Positions 1-31,990 of a stretch of DNA of 64,000 bases are shown in pieces. How positions within the stretch are numbered: position 1 is the first letter of the stretch; each line of letters opens with the position of its first letter. The stretch is from NCBI RefSeq assembly GCF_009914755.1, contig NC_060925.1; one strand, written 5' to 3'. The notes beneath the pieces are model-generated. The model saw only the letters and a list, made by a program, of their open reading frames with translations. It was not told where the DNA came from and made no database searches. A program made the translations under genes and the position numbers. The DNA is from the human T2T-CHM13v2.0 reference genome, Homo sapiens.

Positions 1-164
1 TAGGGAAGGCTCAGTGCCTTCCCCTTCACCCCTTCCTTCCTCCCATCCCCCCACCACCACCCCACCACCCTGCAGCATCGCTCCCAGTCTGTCTCCTGGA
101 TACAAAGAAATTCTGTATCCAGTTTCATTTGGGAAAGAATCCTGCTTAAAATTTTTGAAAACCA

Positions 165-6046
<5,882 letters not shown>

Positions 6047-7685
6047 GGGGCCGCCACGCCTCGCGATGCCTGAAGCTGACACTTCTCCCTACCCCTAAAA
6101 TCGGGACACCGCGCGGAATGGACGCGGCCACTAAGCGGAGCGGCAACAAGGAACAATCGCGCCCCTCCTCGCCGTAGCTGCGAACAGGGCTGACCGCCCG
6201 CGACCGTGCCCTCAGCTCATGTCCAAACAGATATGGGGAGAAAAGGGTGAGACACGCGGAGAGAAAGGCGGTTCCTTCACAGAGCAGCCTCCCCTCGTGA
6301 AGCTCCCCCACCCGAACTCACTTAGAACAGTCCAGCCCCGCCCAGAACCTTCGCTCACAGCCTGGCCTGCTTAACTGACACCCGGGGAGGAACCGGACGC
6401 GACTACCTTCCTCCGAGGGGGGTGACGTCTGAAATTTCCTGAGGTGAACCCCATGTTCCCTTCCGCGCAGCCCTAAAACTTTAGGAAAAAAAATCTCTGG
6501 AGTGAGATCACGTTGGAGACGTTTTGGAAACTGCCCTTTTGCCTGTGCGTTATAGTACATGTGCCACAGCAAATCTGCGCGCGCCCCAGAGTGGGAATGG
6601 GTCTTCCTGGGGGCGTAAGGCAGCCCTGACGCGAGCGGCGTGTCTGGCCACGTCATGTCGGGGGAGGAGCAGAATCGCGCACACGATATTTCATTGTCAA
6701 GCAGATTTTATAACCCGAGACGTCACTAAGATGTGGCCCTTTAAGCCCGGCGAGAAACCTTTGATTGCTTTTCTAGCCGCAGCCTCCGGCCCAAAGGTTT
6801 TCGGAAGCAAACGGCGTGGGTGACATCAATAGTAAGGGAGCGTTGAATCCCTAGATGAGATTGCCTGGTTTCATCCGAAGTCTGGCTCCCAGCCAGAAGT
6901 TTGAGAGGCAGGATAAGAATAATCTGTCCTTTCCCTGCATCCCCGGTTCTGCCTCTTCCCGCAGTAGGTGACGGGTTGCCCCAGCTGAGTACGTCGAGTT
7001 GTTTTTGGCTATGACTTGCCGTCCTGCATTTTTCTGAGCATGTCAGAACAGAGCCTGCAACTCATTACTGCCTCCACTAGAGAAAAAGTGTAGTGTGGAG
7101 ACTTAGGGAGAAACCATTAATTTCCTGAATGTTGAAAAGAGGCACAGGAGAGTGGTCAGATGCAAAAAGAACAGACTTAAGGAGGTGGTTTTTTGTTTTT
7201 TGGGGTTTTTTTTGTTTTTTTTCAGCAACCCAGAAAACACTGCACTCATCAACGCCCTAGAAGGCAGCACAGAGTGGATTTTCAGTCCCAGCTTGGACAC
7301 TTAGCAAGTCACTCTGAGTTTACCACTGATAAGGCCCACTTCCCAGGGTTATAATAAGAAAGGAATGAAGAAAATATATGACAAGGTACAATAAAATACT
7401 TTGTAAGTTCTCAAGTATCATCCAGATGTAAGGGGTTGTTATTTATTCTTAGCACTTCGTCATTCAACACAGAATCAGATTTTCCAGCTCATCTTCAATA
7501 AACATGTATTTGGGCCTCCACGGAAAGTCCACATCTCCTGTTTTACCTGAGTCACATGGAAGGAGTCAGAACTTACTCCCGGAGTCTCTTTCCTCACCTG
7601 ACCCAATGCACGCCCCTTACCTCCCTCTCTGACTCTGAGATCCAGCTCCCTGAATACCTAGTGAGCGATCAGAAAACTTCCCCCA

Positions 7686-9436
7686 GGCTCACGCCTGTAA
7701 TCTCCGCACTTTGGGAGGCCAAGGCGGATCACCTGAGGGCAGGAGTTCGAGACCAGCCTGGCCAGCATGGTGAAACCCCATCTCTACTAAAAATACAAAA
7801 ATTAGCTGGATAGCTGGACGTGGTGGCGGGCACCTGCAATCCAGCTACTCAGGAGGCTGAGGCATGAGAACACTTGAACCTGGGAGGCAGAGGTTGCAGT
7901 GAGCCAAGATTGTACCACTGCGCTCCAGCCTGGACAACAGAAAAAGACTCCGTCTCAAAAAATAAAAAAAAACTTCCCCCATACTAGGCTTCCTAGTATG
8001 CCTCAACTGAACTCCACTGTCCCTTACTGGTGTCTCAAGTGGAGGCTTTAGTCTCCCAGCCCTCATCCCTCAGCATCCGCTTTGAGTCTATGGCCTCCCT
8101 TCCTCCCCATTTTAATTTCCACACCATTACTCATCCTGCCTCTTGGAAAACTATGGTTCCTCTAAGGCTCATGCCACCTGCCTGCGCTACCCTCCTGCTT
8201 TCCTCAGTACTGGCAGCCCAGCAATCCTGGTGGTTCATTTTCATTTTCTTTTGTTTCTTTATGCAGACGGGGTCTTGCTATGTTGGCCAGGCTAGTCTGG
8301 AATTCCTGGGCTCAAGCAGTCCTCTCTGGCCTCAGCCTCCAAAAGTGCCGGGATTACCAGTGTAAGCCACTGCACCCAGCCTCATTCTCATTTTCTGAGA
8401 CTCAGCCACTGGCTCCCAGTCTCCTTTTCTACAGAGTTGCTGTCATCATCCTCGGTGACATCACGGTCATGGCCAGCCCATCCAACACCCCGCTGCTCAA
8501 TCCCTTGGCCCTGGCTGTTCAAAGCCTTTTCCCCCCTCTCCTCCTCAGAGGCCAGCTCCTATGGACACACCCTGGGCTTTGTCATCACCAGAAGCTGCTC
8601 AACCTGCAAACTCACATGCTCATCCACCCAACCCTCCAAGGTCACTTGCTCAAATACTCCCCAAAGTAGCACTTCCCTCCCAAGTCCACTAGCTGGTGGA
8701 ACTGGTTACATTATATAACATGCTCTGCCTGCCTTCCACAACCCAGGGGAAAAAAGTTAAATGTGGCCCGGTGCAGTGGCTCATGCCTGTAATCCCAGCA
8801 CTTTGGAAGGCCGAGGCGGGCAGATCACGAGGTCAGGAGATCGAGACCATCCTGGGTAACACGGTGAAACCCCATTTCTACTAAAAATACAAAAAAAAAA
8901 AAACAAAACAGCCAAGCGTGGTGGCAGGCACCTGTAGTCCCAGCTACACTCGGGAGGCTGAGGCAGGAGAATGGCGTGAACCCAGGAGGTGGAGCTTGCA
9001 GTGAGCGGAGATCAGAGATCACGCCACTGCACTCCAGCCTGAACAACAGAGCGAGACTCCATCTCAAAAAAAAAAAAAAAAAAGAAAGAAAAGTTAATGA
9101 TCCACCTAGATGACAGCCATGGCTTGTTTCTTTTCTTTTTTTGAGACAGGGTCTCACTCTGTGCCCAGGCTGGAAGTGCAGTGGCGGATCATAAGCTCAC
9201 TGCAGCCTTGATGTCCTGGGCTCAAGCAATCCTTCCACCTTCAGCCTGCTGAGTAGCTGGGACTACAGGTGTGTGCCACCATGCTGAGTTAAACTTTTTT
9301 TTTTTTTTTTAATTTTTAGTAGAGATAAGGTCTTGCTATGTTTCCCAGGCTGGTCTCGAACTCCTGGCCTCAAGCCAACCTCCCATCTCAGCCTCCCAAA
9401 GTGCTGGAATTACAGGCATGAGCCACAGCGCCCAGC
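7686..9436. mobile_element. Alus at approx. 7686-7972+, 8260-8380-, 8765-9090+ (AluY-like), 9130-9436-
   Basis: Alu consensus; AluY-type GGAGAATGGCGTGAACC in the 8765 copy. Confidence 0.9.
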
Positions 9437-12331
9437 CAGCCTGTTCCTTTGCTGGCCTCATGCCACTATTTCTGGACTAGTCCTGTCATTCCAGATGAGC
9501 AAGCATTGATGGCCAGCCTGTTTGACCCATGGGCAATGGACCTTCCAAAGGGAGCTATCTAGCACTTTCCTCTCCACAGCATGTGGCTTCAGGTGTCTGC
9601 CTATCCTGCTCTAGCCAGATGACCTGTCCCTTTGATTTTGAACAGAGTCTCAGTGATGACCTCAATGGATGACCCTCCCCTCTGCTGAATGCCTCCCCTG
9701 GGGCTGAGCGAAGGTAAGTGCCCCATGCTGGTGAGAACTCCTGCAAAGGGGCCCTGCTCTGGAGAGGAAGTGGAGGGTGGGGGGAATGGTGAGGATTAGT
9801 GGCACCCCTCCCATTTCCTACAGTAGCCATCCCCTCAGACCTGCAGGCTGCCAGTGGCAGAATTTGCCCCCTCTGTGAACCATCTAGCTATAGGCTATAA
9901 CACCCTTACCTCAGGCCTCACCTTTGCCTAGCCTGAAATACCTTCCCCCATTCTCCCATCTCTGAAATCCTATTATCTTTCAAGATCCAACTCAAAGGCC
10001 ACCCCTTTCTTCCTCTTCACCCAGTTGGCAGACTGCTCCTGGCACCATTAAGAGAGTACTATTAAAATTCTGCTTTGTATGCAGCTAATCCAATTAGCCT
10101 CGGGGCAAGGATTGGGGGGCCCCACAGCATCTAGCACAGTATTGAGACCTGAATGCTAGTTAGCATCTTTTCCCGCCAGCTCCTGCCACATCGGGGAACC
10201 AACACCCTTTCCTCCCATATCAGTAGCTCCCAGTGGCTCCCAGTTTCCCCCTTAGAGGTTAAGTACAATAAAAATAACTGCTCTGTTTCAGTGCCCTTTA
10301 GCTTGCAAAGCCTTTTCATGTATCTTACATTGACTCATCTCACCCTCGGGACAGCCTCTGAGAGCAGAGTCTGTGGTCTCCACTTCAATGATGAGAAAGC
10401 TGAGCCCTTAAGCAAGGAGAGCCCTCTTGCCCAAGGCCCACAGGTGGGCAGCGGTGGAGACCGCCACTCTGGGGTTTCCGACTTCAAATCTCGCTCAGGT
10501 CAAAGCTCTGGTTAGAAAAGATCTGGGCTGGGAGCCCCCCTGGCCCAGGAACAGGTGAGCCAGGAACAGGCCCAGCCAGAAGAACAGGTGAGCGGGGAAG
10601 GGGTTCACTGTTGTTCTCCATTTGGGAGCGGCAGTCACCTATCCTGGGTGCCAAAGGTTACCAAAGAGATGGGTGGCCACCTTAAGGGAGACCTGGGAGA
10701 GGTGGGACAGGGAACTCAGATAAGTGCTTAACAAGGGGCTTCTGTGGCTCAGGCAGCTGAGTTGGGGAGGGGAAGAACCTGTTGTCTGATTTAGGCAACA
10801 GCCCTCCACACCCCTACCCTGCAACCTGCACTGTCCCTACCAGACCCCTGCTGTGAGCATGTGAAGGGGCCAGGAACATCTGTGGCCCAGAACCAGGCAG
10901 GATGAGGAGACATTCCTGTGTCAGGGTAACCCTGGGAGGTTCCCATGGCAACAGCCAGCCAGTCCAGTGTGTGTCCTTGGGCCCAGCCGGACGAGGCTGG
11001 GAGCCACTCTCAAAAGGAGCAATGTGCCTCTGACCTTCCAGAAGCCAATAGGGGTGGTCAGGCTGGGAAGCGAAGTGACCCACTACCACCTATGACCCAC
11101 CCACCCCATCTGTCTCCACCACCTGTCACCCCAGGATGGGTGTGAATGCCAGGCAATGGGGAAAGCCTGGGGCCTAGGGGACCTGGGGAGGCAGCAGGAG
11201 ACGGGGGAGATCCTGGAGGAGGCACAGGGCCAGACAGGGCATGGGTGGCAGAGGCTGGGCTGAGGGCACTGGGGAAAGGGTGGCTGAAGGAGCCTGGGAA
11301 GCAGGTGAGGCTGAAGAATGAGAGATAAGGACGGGAGGGGGGAATGCAGACTGGGGACTACCAGGAAATGAGTTTTTGGGACTGGCCAAAGGAAATAGAA
11401 TTTTTCCATTTGAGAGTAGAAGGCCCAAGAAGGCCACCCCTAACTCTAGTGATTCTTCCCAAGGACCCCTGAGCTCAGCTCTCAGGGAAGCAGGCCCTAC
11501 TTGGGCAAACTTGGGGAGCTCCCAGCGGAAAAGGCAGAAAGCCAAGTGCTAAAAATGCCAAGTGCTGAAACTGGAAGAGCCCAGCCCAAACCCTGGGAGG
11601 CCAAACAGACACGTGGTGAAATCCAGTGAGTCTACCCACAAGCTCCCCGAAGCCCTGCCCAGGCCAGAGCTATCCCCAAGCCCTGTGGGAAGGAGGGAAT
11701 GCTGTCCCTTGGCTCTAGCCTCCCTGGACTCATCTCTACACACTGGGCCCATGGTCAGGAGATCATCCGAAGACCTGGACCCTGGGCTCCTCCTCACCAC
11801 CAGTGCTGCATGGGTGTGTTAGAGAGAGGGGCCTCGTGGCCTGTGATGAGTGCGAGGATCGCCTCCCAGGGGCATCCCAGAGAGAGGGCGATCAGAGCAG
11901 CCAATGTCACTGGCATCCCAGCCCTCCCCAACATACCCCTTGGGTTCGTGGCTTTTTCTTCCTGATTCAGCAGCTTCAGAAACCTCCAGCTCAGCATATC
12001 TACTTCCTGAGTGGGTAAGGAACAGGAGGGGGCTTAGGGGAACCTGGCAGCCTCCCTGAGCGTTCGTTATGCAAACGAAGGAAATGAGCCCTAAAAATGA
12101 AACTGAGAAGCCCCAAGGGGCCACAGTGAGAGTCACCACCCTCTGGGAACTCAGGTAGGCCAGTTTGTATCCCCTTTCCCAGGCCCAGCCACCTGCCCCA
12201 GGACACTGAATCCTACCTACCTTCTAGCCTGAATCTGTCTCTCAGCAACCCAACTTTACCAGTCAGCTGTTCAGGCAGCAAGAATTTTGAGCACCTACAG
12301 AAGGTGAGCAATGTGAACAGGGTAAAACTAG

Positions 12332-12862
<531 letters not shown>

Positions 12863-13456
12863 TAGACTTTATAAATGTTTGCTGAATTAGTGGTCCTTGT
12901 TCCATCCCCAGCCTGCCCTAACCCCTGCCCCACCCACACATGAATTCAATGAACTAATACCTTTAAGCCCTTAAACAGAGTTACATATTCGCTTGCTAAA
13001 TAATACAGAAATCAGTTACAGCCCCTTCTAGAACCTGTAGTCCCCCGCCTCCTGCCTGAGCAGTCACACCACATTATTCTGTCTCCTGTACTTCCTGGGC
13101 ATTTCCAGGGTCATCAAAAAGCCCAGTGTATTGCCGAAGGGACTAAGGTTAGATCTCAGGAAGGACTTCCTAGAGAATAGCCAAGGGGAGTCTGGTCATC
13201 CTGGGAGAGCTGGCCAGTGGAGCAGGCGCTGGGGTCAGTGGGGTAGGGTCTGAGATTTTGGGGACAGTGAGTAGTGGGAGAGGCGAGGTCTGGAGCAAAA
13301 TGGAGCCAGGGTGCCACCTAGTGGTTCCCTCACCTCCCCAGCCCCAGAAGCTCTTCCTTCTGGGCCTGGGTTCTTTTCCCTCCTCCACACCCTTCCCTAA
13401 AGAAGGCAATAACTTTTGAGTGCCCAAAACAGGAGAGGCATTTTTCTTGCGTTGCT

Positions 13457-13822
13457 TTTATTTAATCACTTCCCCAGCCCTTCCATCGCCTTTTTTGAGG
13501 ATAAGAAACCCAAAGTTCCCAGAGATTAACTTGCCCAAGATCACTTGGCCTGGATTTGAGCCTGAGGCTCAGACTCCAAAACCCACACTCAATTTGCTAC
13601 ATCTCCCAGGGGTGGGGCCAAGGCAGCTGTGAGCAAAAGGAGAAGTATCAGCTTCTCAAGGGCCTAGGGTTTGTTGGAAGGGCAAGGCAAGGGCAAAGGG
13701 GGATACAGAACAAGGGGGCAAGTACCAGTGCCTGGGATGGACCCATCCATTCAGGCAGGGGGTGTGGGGTGTCCCCTGTGCTTAGAAACCACCTAGCATC
13801 ATAGCTGCAACAGCACTTTATT
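13457..13822 (-). terminator. PBXIP1 polyadenylation signals (AATAAA at 13462-13457 and 13822-13817)
   Basis: Two TTTATT hexamers on + strand downstream of the stop codon at 14385. Confidence 0.7.
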
Positions 13823-14384
13823 GGGATCTGAGTCTACAGTTCACATAGGGAGGTGAAGCCGTGGGAGAAGCAGGGGTAAAAAAAAAAAGGGGGGGGACTT
13901 CACCCCCTAGGGACAGCTGCTTCCAAACCTAACAAAACCCCAGGGTAAGTCCTCGTGCTGGGCCTCGAGCCAGCAACTCTAGTCAAATCCCAAGGCACCG
14001 GTCAGCATGTGGGTCAAGGGGCCCACTATGGGGACATACACTCAAGAGGATGAAAGCTCTTTAGCTTCAGAATCAGATTGCCTTCCCCAGACCCCACCCC
14101 AAAACAGGCTCCTCTCCCATCTCCCCCTTCACAGTGACAAAACACAAGCCCACATCCCAGGGCCTGGAGTATTTGCATGCATTTGCATAGACGGCAACGC
14201 AGGTCCAGCTAAGGCCTTTTTCTACATAAAGTGACATCAGTGCAGGGCTGGTGATTTTGCTCTACTGTGTGAAAGATATCTGAGGACACCAAACAAGCCA
14301 GGACAGAGTCCACCCTCCAGGAGTTAGATAACGCTGGGATCTTGGGCTGGGCCAGGCCAAGGCCATTCCCTGTGGGGCAGGGTG

Positions 14385-23082
<8,698 letters not shown>

Positions 23083-23663
23083 AGTTGCTGAGGTCCCTGA
23101 GGCTGCTGTGGCTGCCACCTGCAGAAGAAAGCTCTCTTAAGGATGGGAGCTCCCTTCAGGAGGGGCAGAATGCAGAAAGCAGCCTTGGCTGGGTTCCAAG
23201 GTTCAAGTGCTGGGCAGCAGCCTCCAGAACCAAGCCTGGTTCCAGTCCTTCTCTCCCTGACACCCCAGCTCTTCTAAGCAGTATTTGCCTTGCAAATCAG
23301 AATCTGCCAACACCCACAGAGAAGCCAGCCTCTTCCAGGGACCAACAGGGCCTTGGAAAACTGAACTGACCTTGAAAGGTCAAAGTAGCATAGGCTGGAA
23401 AGGCTCTGGGGAATTCCAGTCCAGCCCCCTGACATTTGAGTCAGGGAAGATGAAGCCCAGCAAGGTTGACAGACTCAACTTGCCAATAAGAAGACTTGTT
23501 AATAAGAAGAGCAGGGAAACAACACAGCCCTCCCTTCACAACACCAGGTACCTACACAATCACTACCTTCTCCCCCAGGACCTGGAAGGGAAGACTCAAT
23601 GGCCTCCTTCAGCCCTAAGTGTCCCACCACTTGCCCAGCATAAGTCCTTGGTATGGTCTAGTT

Positions 23664-23801
23664 CAGTGGTTCTCAATCTTGGCTGCACATTGGAATCACC
23701 TAAGATTTTGATTCAATTGAGTTGGGGGGTAGGCCCGGCTGTGGGTCTTTTAAAAAACCACTCAAATGATTCTCATGCGCAGCCAGGGTTAAGAGCCACT
23801 G
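23664..23801. mobile_element. MER5-type hAT-Charlie DNA transposon fossil
   Basis: Terminal inverted repeats CAGTGGTTCTCAA ... TTAAGAGCCACTG and internal GCACATTGGAATCACC. Confidence 0.7.
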
Positions 23802-25638
23802 GCATAGCTTAGATCCACCTGGATGCACCTTTTATAAGTCTCCTCATCACTCTCAGTCTTCATCCTAAATTCTGTTTACCTTCTTAGTAATCGCCAGAGT
23901 TTGGTCTTAGGGAACTTGAAGGTGACTGGGAAAATGGATTTATGGCAACTATCATGTATATATACATCACTTTATAGCTTGCAAAAAATAGACAAAAATC
24001 AGGGCTATGGTCCTGCACCCGGTTAATCTGCTCTGACTTGACAGGGATAGGGGAGGGAATCACTCCAGTTTCCAAAGCCTGACTGACACAAAGCAGGGTA
24101 AGAAGAGAGGGATCCGCCCCTTCATCCAAGGCTAAAACAGTTCCCTCAGGCAGCTCCTGTTGGGACCAGGCATAAAGGTGGAAGGATAGATGAGCTGACC
24201 TCTCAAGAGTACTGGATTGTGATCCCTCAGAACAGGATAAATGACTGCTTCCCGAGCACTTTATAAGAAAACTCAGGAAAAGGGAAGTGAGGCTGGGAGA
24301 GTATGGCAGTTCTACCTTTGAAACCAACCACATTATCCCCTTCTGTTTGAGCTGTTTTCAAGTCCTGCGTGGTGCCCTAAGTAACCTCCTGTGGCTCCTG
24401 CCAGTCAAGATCCAAGTCCTGGATAGGTCTTTCCCAATGCCCATCCTCCCAGACACATGCACCCATTCCACACGGAGACAGGAGAATGGCTGCAATGACC
24501 TCCCTGTACCAAATCCAACAGGACACCCTGGCATGCATCTGTAAGTATCCATAGAGCCATGGCTGTTCAGCCTTCCGCTTGTGGCTCCACCCCCGCCCTT
24601 GTTATCATCTCCCCATCCCCAGTTGCTGACTGTTAACAGGTGGTGGCAGGAAGGAAGTGGCAGCAGCTTGGGCTGAAGTCCCTGTTTATCCCTAGCTGTG
24701 TGTGCAGCCTGCTCAGGTCCTCTAGAACCAGGCACCATGGCAACCACAGTGATGTCAGACCCACTGTCTCCATGGAAACCAGCAAAGGTATTTGGGTCAA
24801 CAAAACAAATACTTATGAGACCCAAATAGGAGACACTCTGAAACTCCTATACTCTGGGTTCCAAACCCTGATACCTCTTTCTTGGTTAGGTTAACCCAGG
24901 GTTCAAAAAAACACCTCTTCTCCCAAGCCAGCATCTCACTGCCTTATTAGGAAGTTCCTTCTGCTGTCTAATCTCCACCCTTCCCTGCTGTGTTTCCAGA
25001 TCTTTTTCTTTTCATCGACCTTCTGGAAGAAAACCCACCTCCACTCCCTCCCTCCACCCCCTTCTTTTCATTCAGGCAGGATTCAACAAACACCTCCTGT
25101 AAGGATTATGACAGAGACTTCTGCTATTTCTAAAAAACAGCTAAAGGGGGAGCTCTCCCACTCAGCATAAAGCTAGGAAGTCTCGCCTCTAGTTAATTTA
25201 AACTCCTCTAACAGTTGCTCCTCCAAACCGCTAAAGCAAAGGATCTAGGGCCACTTGCCTGGGGTACCCAGAGCAAGTTCCTGTTGTGTTAGCGTCGGCA
25301 CCTGGCCTTCCTCCCCCAGCCCAGAAATGAAAAGCAGCTCATTCCTTCTAGATTAGTTCCGCCTTCCCTTTTCCTTATTCCACCCCCTTCAAAGCGAATC
25401 TGTGGACCCCTTCCCAGCTAAGGCATTACCTGAACCAGCTCTTGCTTCGGTCTTCAGCTTAACTTGTTGCAGGCTTCCCTTTGTTTGCAGCCCGAGAAGA
25501 AAATCATGTGACCAGAAACTGACCAATGAAAAGTCAACTTCCCCAAGGGGGCGGAAACTTTTGGCCAATAAGAGCAGGAATTGAGAGCCAGGGGAGGGGA
25601 AGGGAGGTCTAGCGACACGGCCCTAAACCTGGGCTTAC

Positions 25639-25700
25639 CTCCTGGTGGGCGACCGGGGTCCCAGCTAACCGAATCCTGAGTTTCCTGCCCTTCTTTCCCA
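25639..25700 (-). other. PBXIP1: PBXIP1 non-coding first exon (5' end approximate)
   Basis: Strong donor GAG|GTAAGC with exon ending at 25639, upstream of the acceptor at 23118. CCAAT, GC and ETS-like motifs nearby (25520-25690). Confidence 0.65.
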
Positions 25701-26403
25701 GTGTCTAAACAGTTTCTAGAGGGAACCCCCACAAACTGAGAGAAAAGCAGACGGTGCCGTCTTCTGAGATGACGAAGACAAGGGGCCAGGTTGGCCCCAG
25801 GATAGACAGAGACAGCTGTGAGATGGGGGAAGGGAGAGGGACAGGTCGCAAATCCAGGGTGTGGAAATAGCCCTCCTGCCATTCTCCCCAATCTGCTCCA
25901 AAACAGACTGCTTAAAAGATGCCATTGCTACTTTAAAAAACGGTTGGGGGACGGGAACGATCTGAAAAACATCCCAAAATGAAATTTGCTAGGACAGAAG
26001 CAGCCCCTCCCCTCACCCTTAGAGCGACACTTGCTCCCTAACCCAAACAACTGGGAGGTGGGTGGGGTGCTAAACCCAGAAGAGCTCAAGCACTTGTCTT
26101 CCAGAGGCTGTGGTGCCAAATCCGCCTGGCTCCAGGCCTGGCCCAGGAATATGCTCAAAAAGGAAACTCAGTTTCTCACAGTGGAGACACAGGGGGATGG
26201 GCGGGGAAACACAGGCCTCCCTTGGCTCAGCAGCTTATACCAGGGTCAGCTCAGGGGCCAAATCTGCCATTCCCACTCCCAGGGACCCTGGGGAGCATAC
26301 ATATCCTCAACCCCTAAGCACCCTACCCAGCAGTGACAGCGGCTCATTCCAGCCTTTTCACACAGCAACAGCAAGGAGTCCTTGTCTGGGATTTTAAAAT
26401 CAT

Positions 26404-26409
26404 TTTATT
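26404..26409 (-). terminator. PYGO2 polyadenylation signal AATAAA
   Basis: TTTATT on + strand at the end of a ~1.7 kb 3' UTR. Confidence 0.7.
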
Positions 26410-28139
26410 AATCCAACAGTACAAAAGACCCCCACCACCACCGCATTCTGCCATCACTTTGTTCCAAAAAGTAGTGGAGTGAGAGAGCGAGAGGGAGCAG
26501 ATCCAGCAAAAACACTCCCCCAGGGGCCATTTTACAAAATGCGGAGCAGGGGAAGACAACACAAAAACAGCAACAGATAAATGGGGCAAACAGAACAACA
26601 AACACAAGAGTTGAGCAGCGGGGTGGGGGTGGGGGGTTGCCATCTACGCCGTTTTAGTGTGAGGGACACTGGGAACGATGCCCAGAGGCTGCTCTCCTCC
26701 CAGCCTCAAAGGTTGTCAGCTCCACCAGAGCAGGGTCTTCTCTCCTCATGCCAGGAACTGAGAGAAGTGGGGGTAGGGGACCACTAGGTCTTTGCCACTG
26801 TATCTTGAGCTGGGGGACTCCTAACTTCTCCGAGGGCCACACCCCATGCCTGCCTTCCCCACCCCATGGAGGAATGTGTGCATGAACAGAAAAGGAGAAC
26901 GAGCAGCGCTAAGGTCCTCATCAGGCCCCAGGCCCATCTCTGGCAGGCAGTGCTTAAAAAATAAAAAAAGACAAATAAAGCCCAGTGCAGGCCTTTGGCT
27001 GAGAGGAATGAGAATTGCTAATTAATCACCAGGCCCAAGAGGATATGAAAGAATAGCAAAGAGAAGCAACAAACTCCAGGCTCTTCTACCTTTGAGTACC
27101 ATGGCAATGAGGATCCCGCCGCATCCCCTACCCACAGGCTGTGACAGGGCCTCACTTGGATCCTTTTATCATGGAGGAAATGAGGTATAGGGCTCTGCGC
27201 CTTTTCAAGCTTTCCTTCAATCAAGCCAGGAAGGCAGGGGAATAAGGGCGCCGAAAGTTGAAGAACACACGGAGTATAATGTGCAACAGATGGGCTGGGG
27301 GAGGAGGGTACCACCAAAGTCCAGACTTTCAGGACAGCCCAAACTTCAAATATTCTGGTCTGTCAGATAACATATCCCAATTTTTGGCAAAAATATGGTC
27401 ATTAGGAGAAAAGCACGAGAGAGGCTGAGAAAGGACCAGTGACTTTGGTATGAAGAAGATACGTCCTGACAGCATCTCTCACCTACTGTCTTGAAGCCCC
27501 AAATCACCAAGAAACTGCCATAACCAGGAACTCTCCTGCTTCCTCAGGCTATTTGGTTCTCTGAGGGGGAAGGAGTTGGGTAAGTCTTGGAGGAAGCAAA
27601 GGAGTGGGTAGAAAAAGGGGAAAATCCCCATTTATTCCCTAAAGCTGTCTCCCAGAGCCCATAAAAGGGCTATTGCAGGGATGGCAAGACCCCAATTCCT
27701 CTGGCCAGAAACCTTTAACACTTGACTCCAAAAACTAAGGCTGGAGCTGTGGGGTTCAGTAGGGGTGTTAGGCACAGGTGTTAGGGGCATCCATCATCAG
27801 CAGAGGGAACACCCCTGCCCTCCGGATCTTCCTCCAGCCCCTTTTCTCTTGCAGCCACACTCCTGGGCCTCCAGAAATAGCCACAAAATGGCTCTGCTCA
27901 GCAGGGCTTTGGTTTCCTGGATCTCTGTAGATCTCAACATGTAAGTTTCCCAAAACAGTGAGCAATCCAGGCTCTTCTGCCTGCCCACCTCAATTCCTTT
28001 TCTGCTCCCAGGAGCCACTGTTTCTGCCCCATGGGGATGGAAAGCCAGTGGAAACAAGGACCAAGAGCCAAACATCAAAAAAATCACCCTGGAAGAGCAG
28101 GGAGAGACATGTGCACTTCCCTGGGCCACTTCACCAGCG

Positions 28140-30937
<2,798 letters not shown>

Positions 30938-31189
30938 GGAGTGGGGGACCCGGGTTAGCGGCAGCGGCGGGGGATGGAGGCGCCCTTGGGCTGCACCATC
31001 GCCCAGAAGGGGTGTCAGGGGCAGCCCAGGCCCCCGAGCTGCAGCAACCACAAAGTGCGACGACAGGGAAGCGCCGAGCCGCCGCGCAAACTGCGCGCTC
31101 TCTCCAGACTCGCCGCCCGCCAGCGGCGGCAGCAACCGGAACCGGAACTCGTCGCGGCCACCACCACTGAGCGCTGCGGGGAGGGGGAG

Positions 31190-31990
31190 CAAGGACCGGA
31201 CGAGACGCTACGCCTGAAAACAGGCGGCGGGCGAGGGACGAGGCTTACCACGGCACCACGCGAGTGGAAAGGGTCGTCTCCGCTAGCGGCGGCCCACACC
31301 AGCTCACCGAGGGGCGGCAGCGCGCGGCCCGGCTGCCGGACCGTACCATCCCGGGCGGTGGAGCCGCCGCGGAGGGGCGCGCGCGAGCCGAAGGCGCACC
31401 CGGGAGGCCCAGGTAGCCCGGGGGCCGGTGCTGGGGCGCCGGGCAGGCCCGGCTCCCGCCTCGACCCACCCGGAGCCAGCCCCCTCTGCGGACACGACAT
31501 CCCCATGGGGACGGTGGCGCGAAACGCCCCACTCTGCCGCACCCAAACTCTGCAGACCCCCAGCTTCCCTGGGCGGCCGCGACCTCCCGCCTCCCCGTCT
31601 GCCGCTGAGGGCCCGCGGCGTACACAATAGGCTTCCCAGAAGGGTTAAGAGGCAGAGGTAGAAGAAATACGGACTTTAATGAAGAGTTTTCCCTTTGGTA
31701 TAAGTGAGACCCGTGGAAACATCCAAACAGCAAAAGGAGGCCAGGATGAAAACGGTCAACTCTCCCTTATCCACAAGGCCAAAAGAGGGGGGGCCGGCTT
31801 GCTGTGGTGTGGCCACCCCGGGCCTAGGCTGGGCCGGGCCTGTAGAAGGTACTCAGGAACTGCAGGTTTTGCGTTTCCCCTCCATGAAACTGACAGGCAT
31901 TCGGGCTGACTTCTGCCTCTCAGTCTCGCGGTAAGAGACCCAAGTTTTTCTAGTCCTAGATGGAAATAAATTTCATCTGCCTCAGGTCTC
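31190..31990 (+). ncRNA. PYGO2-AS1: Probable divergent lncRNA from the PYGO2 promoter, antisense to the SHC1 3' UTR end (ends approximate)
   Basis: CpG-island origin and + strand AATAAA at 31965-31970. Position agrees with my recollection of the annotated lncRNA; not verifiable from sequence alone. Confidence 0.45.
31675..31680 (-). terminator. SHC1 distal polyadenylation signal ATTAAA
   Basis: TTTAAT on + strand ~1.5 kb past the stop codon, at the edge of the PYGO2 CpG island. Confidence 0.55.

Noticed and set aside
10545-10595. Short imperfect repeats of (CCA)GGAACAGG(TGAGC)
   Set aside because: Only three degenerate units with no regular spacers; local slippage, not an array.
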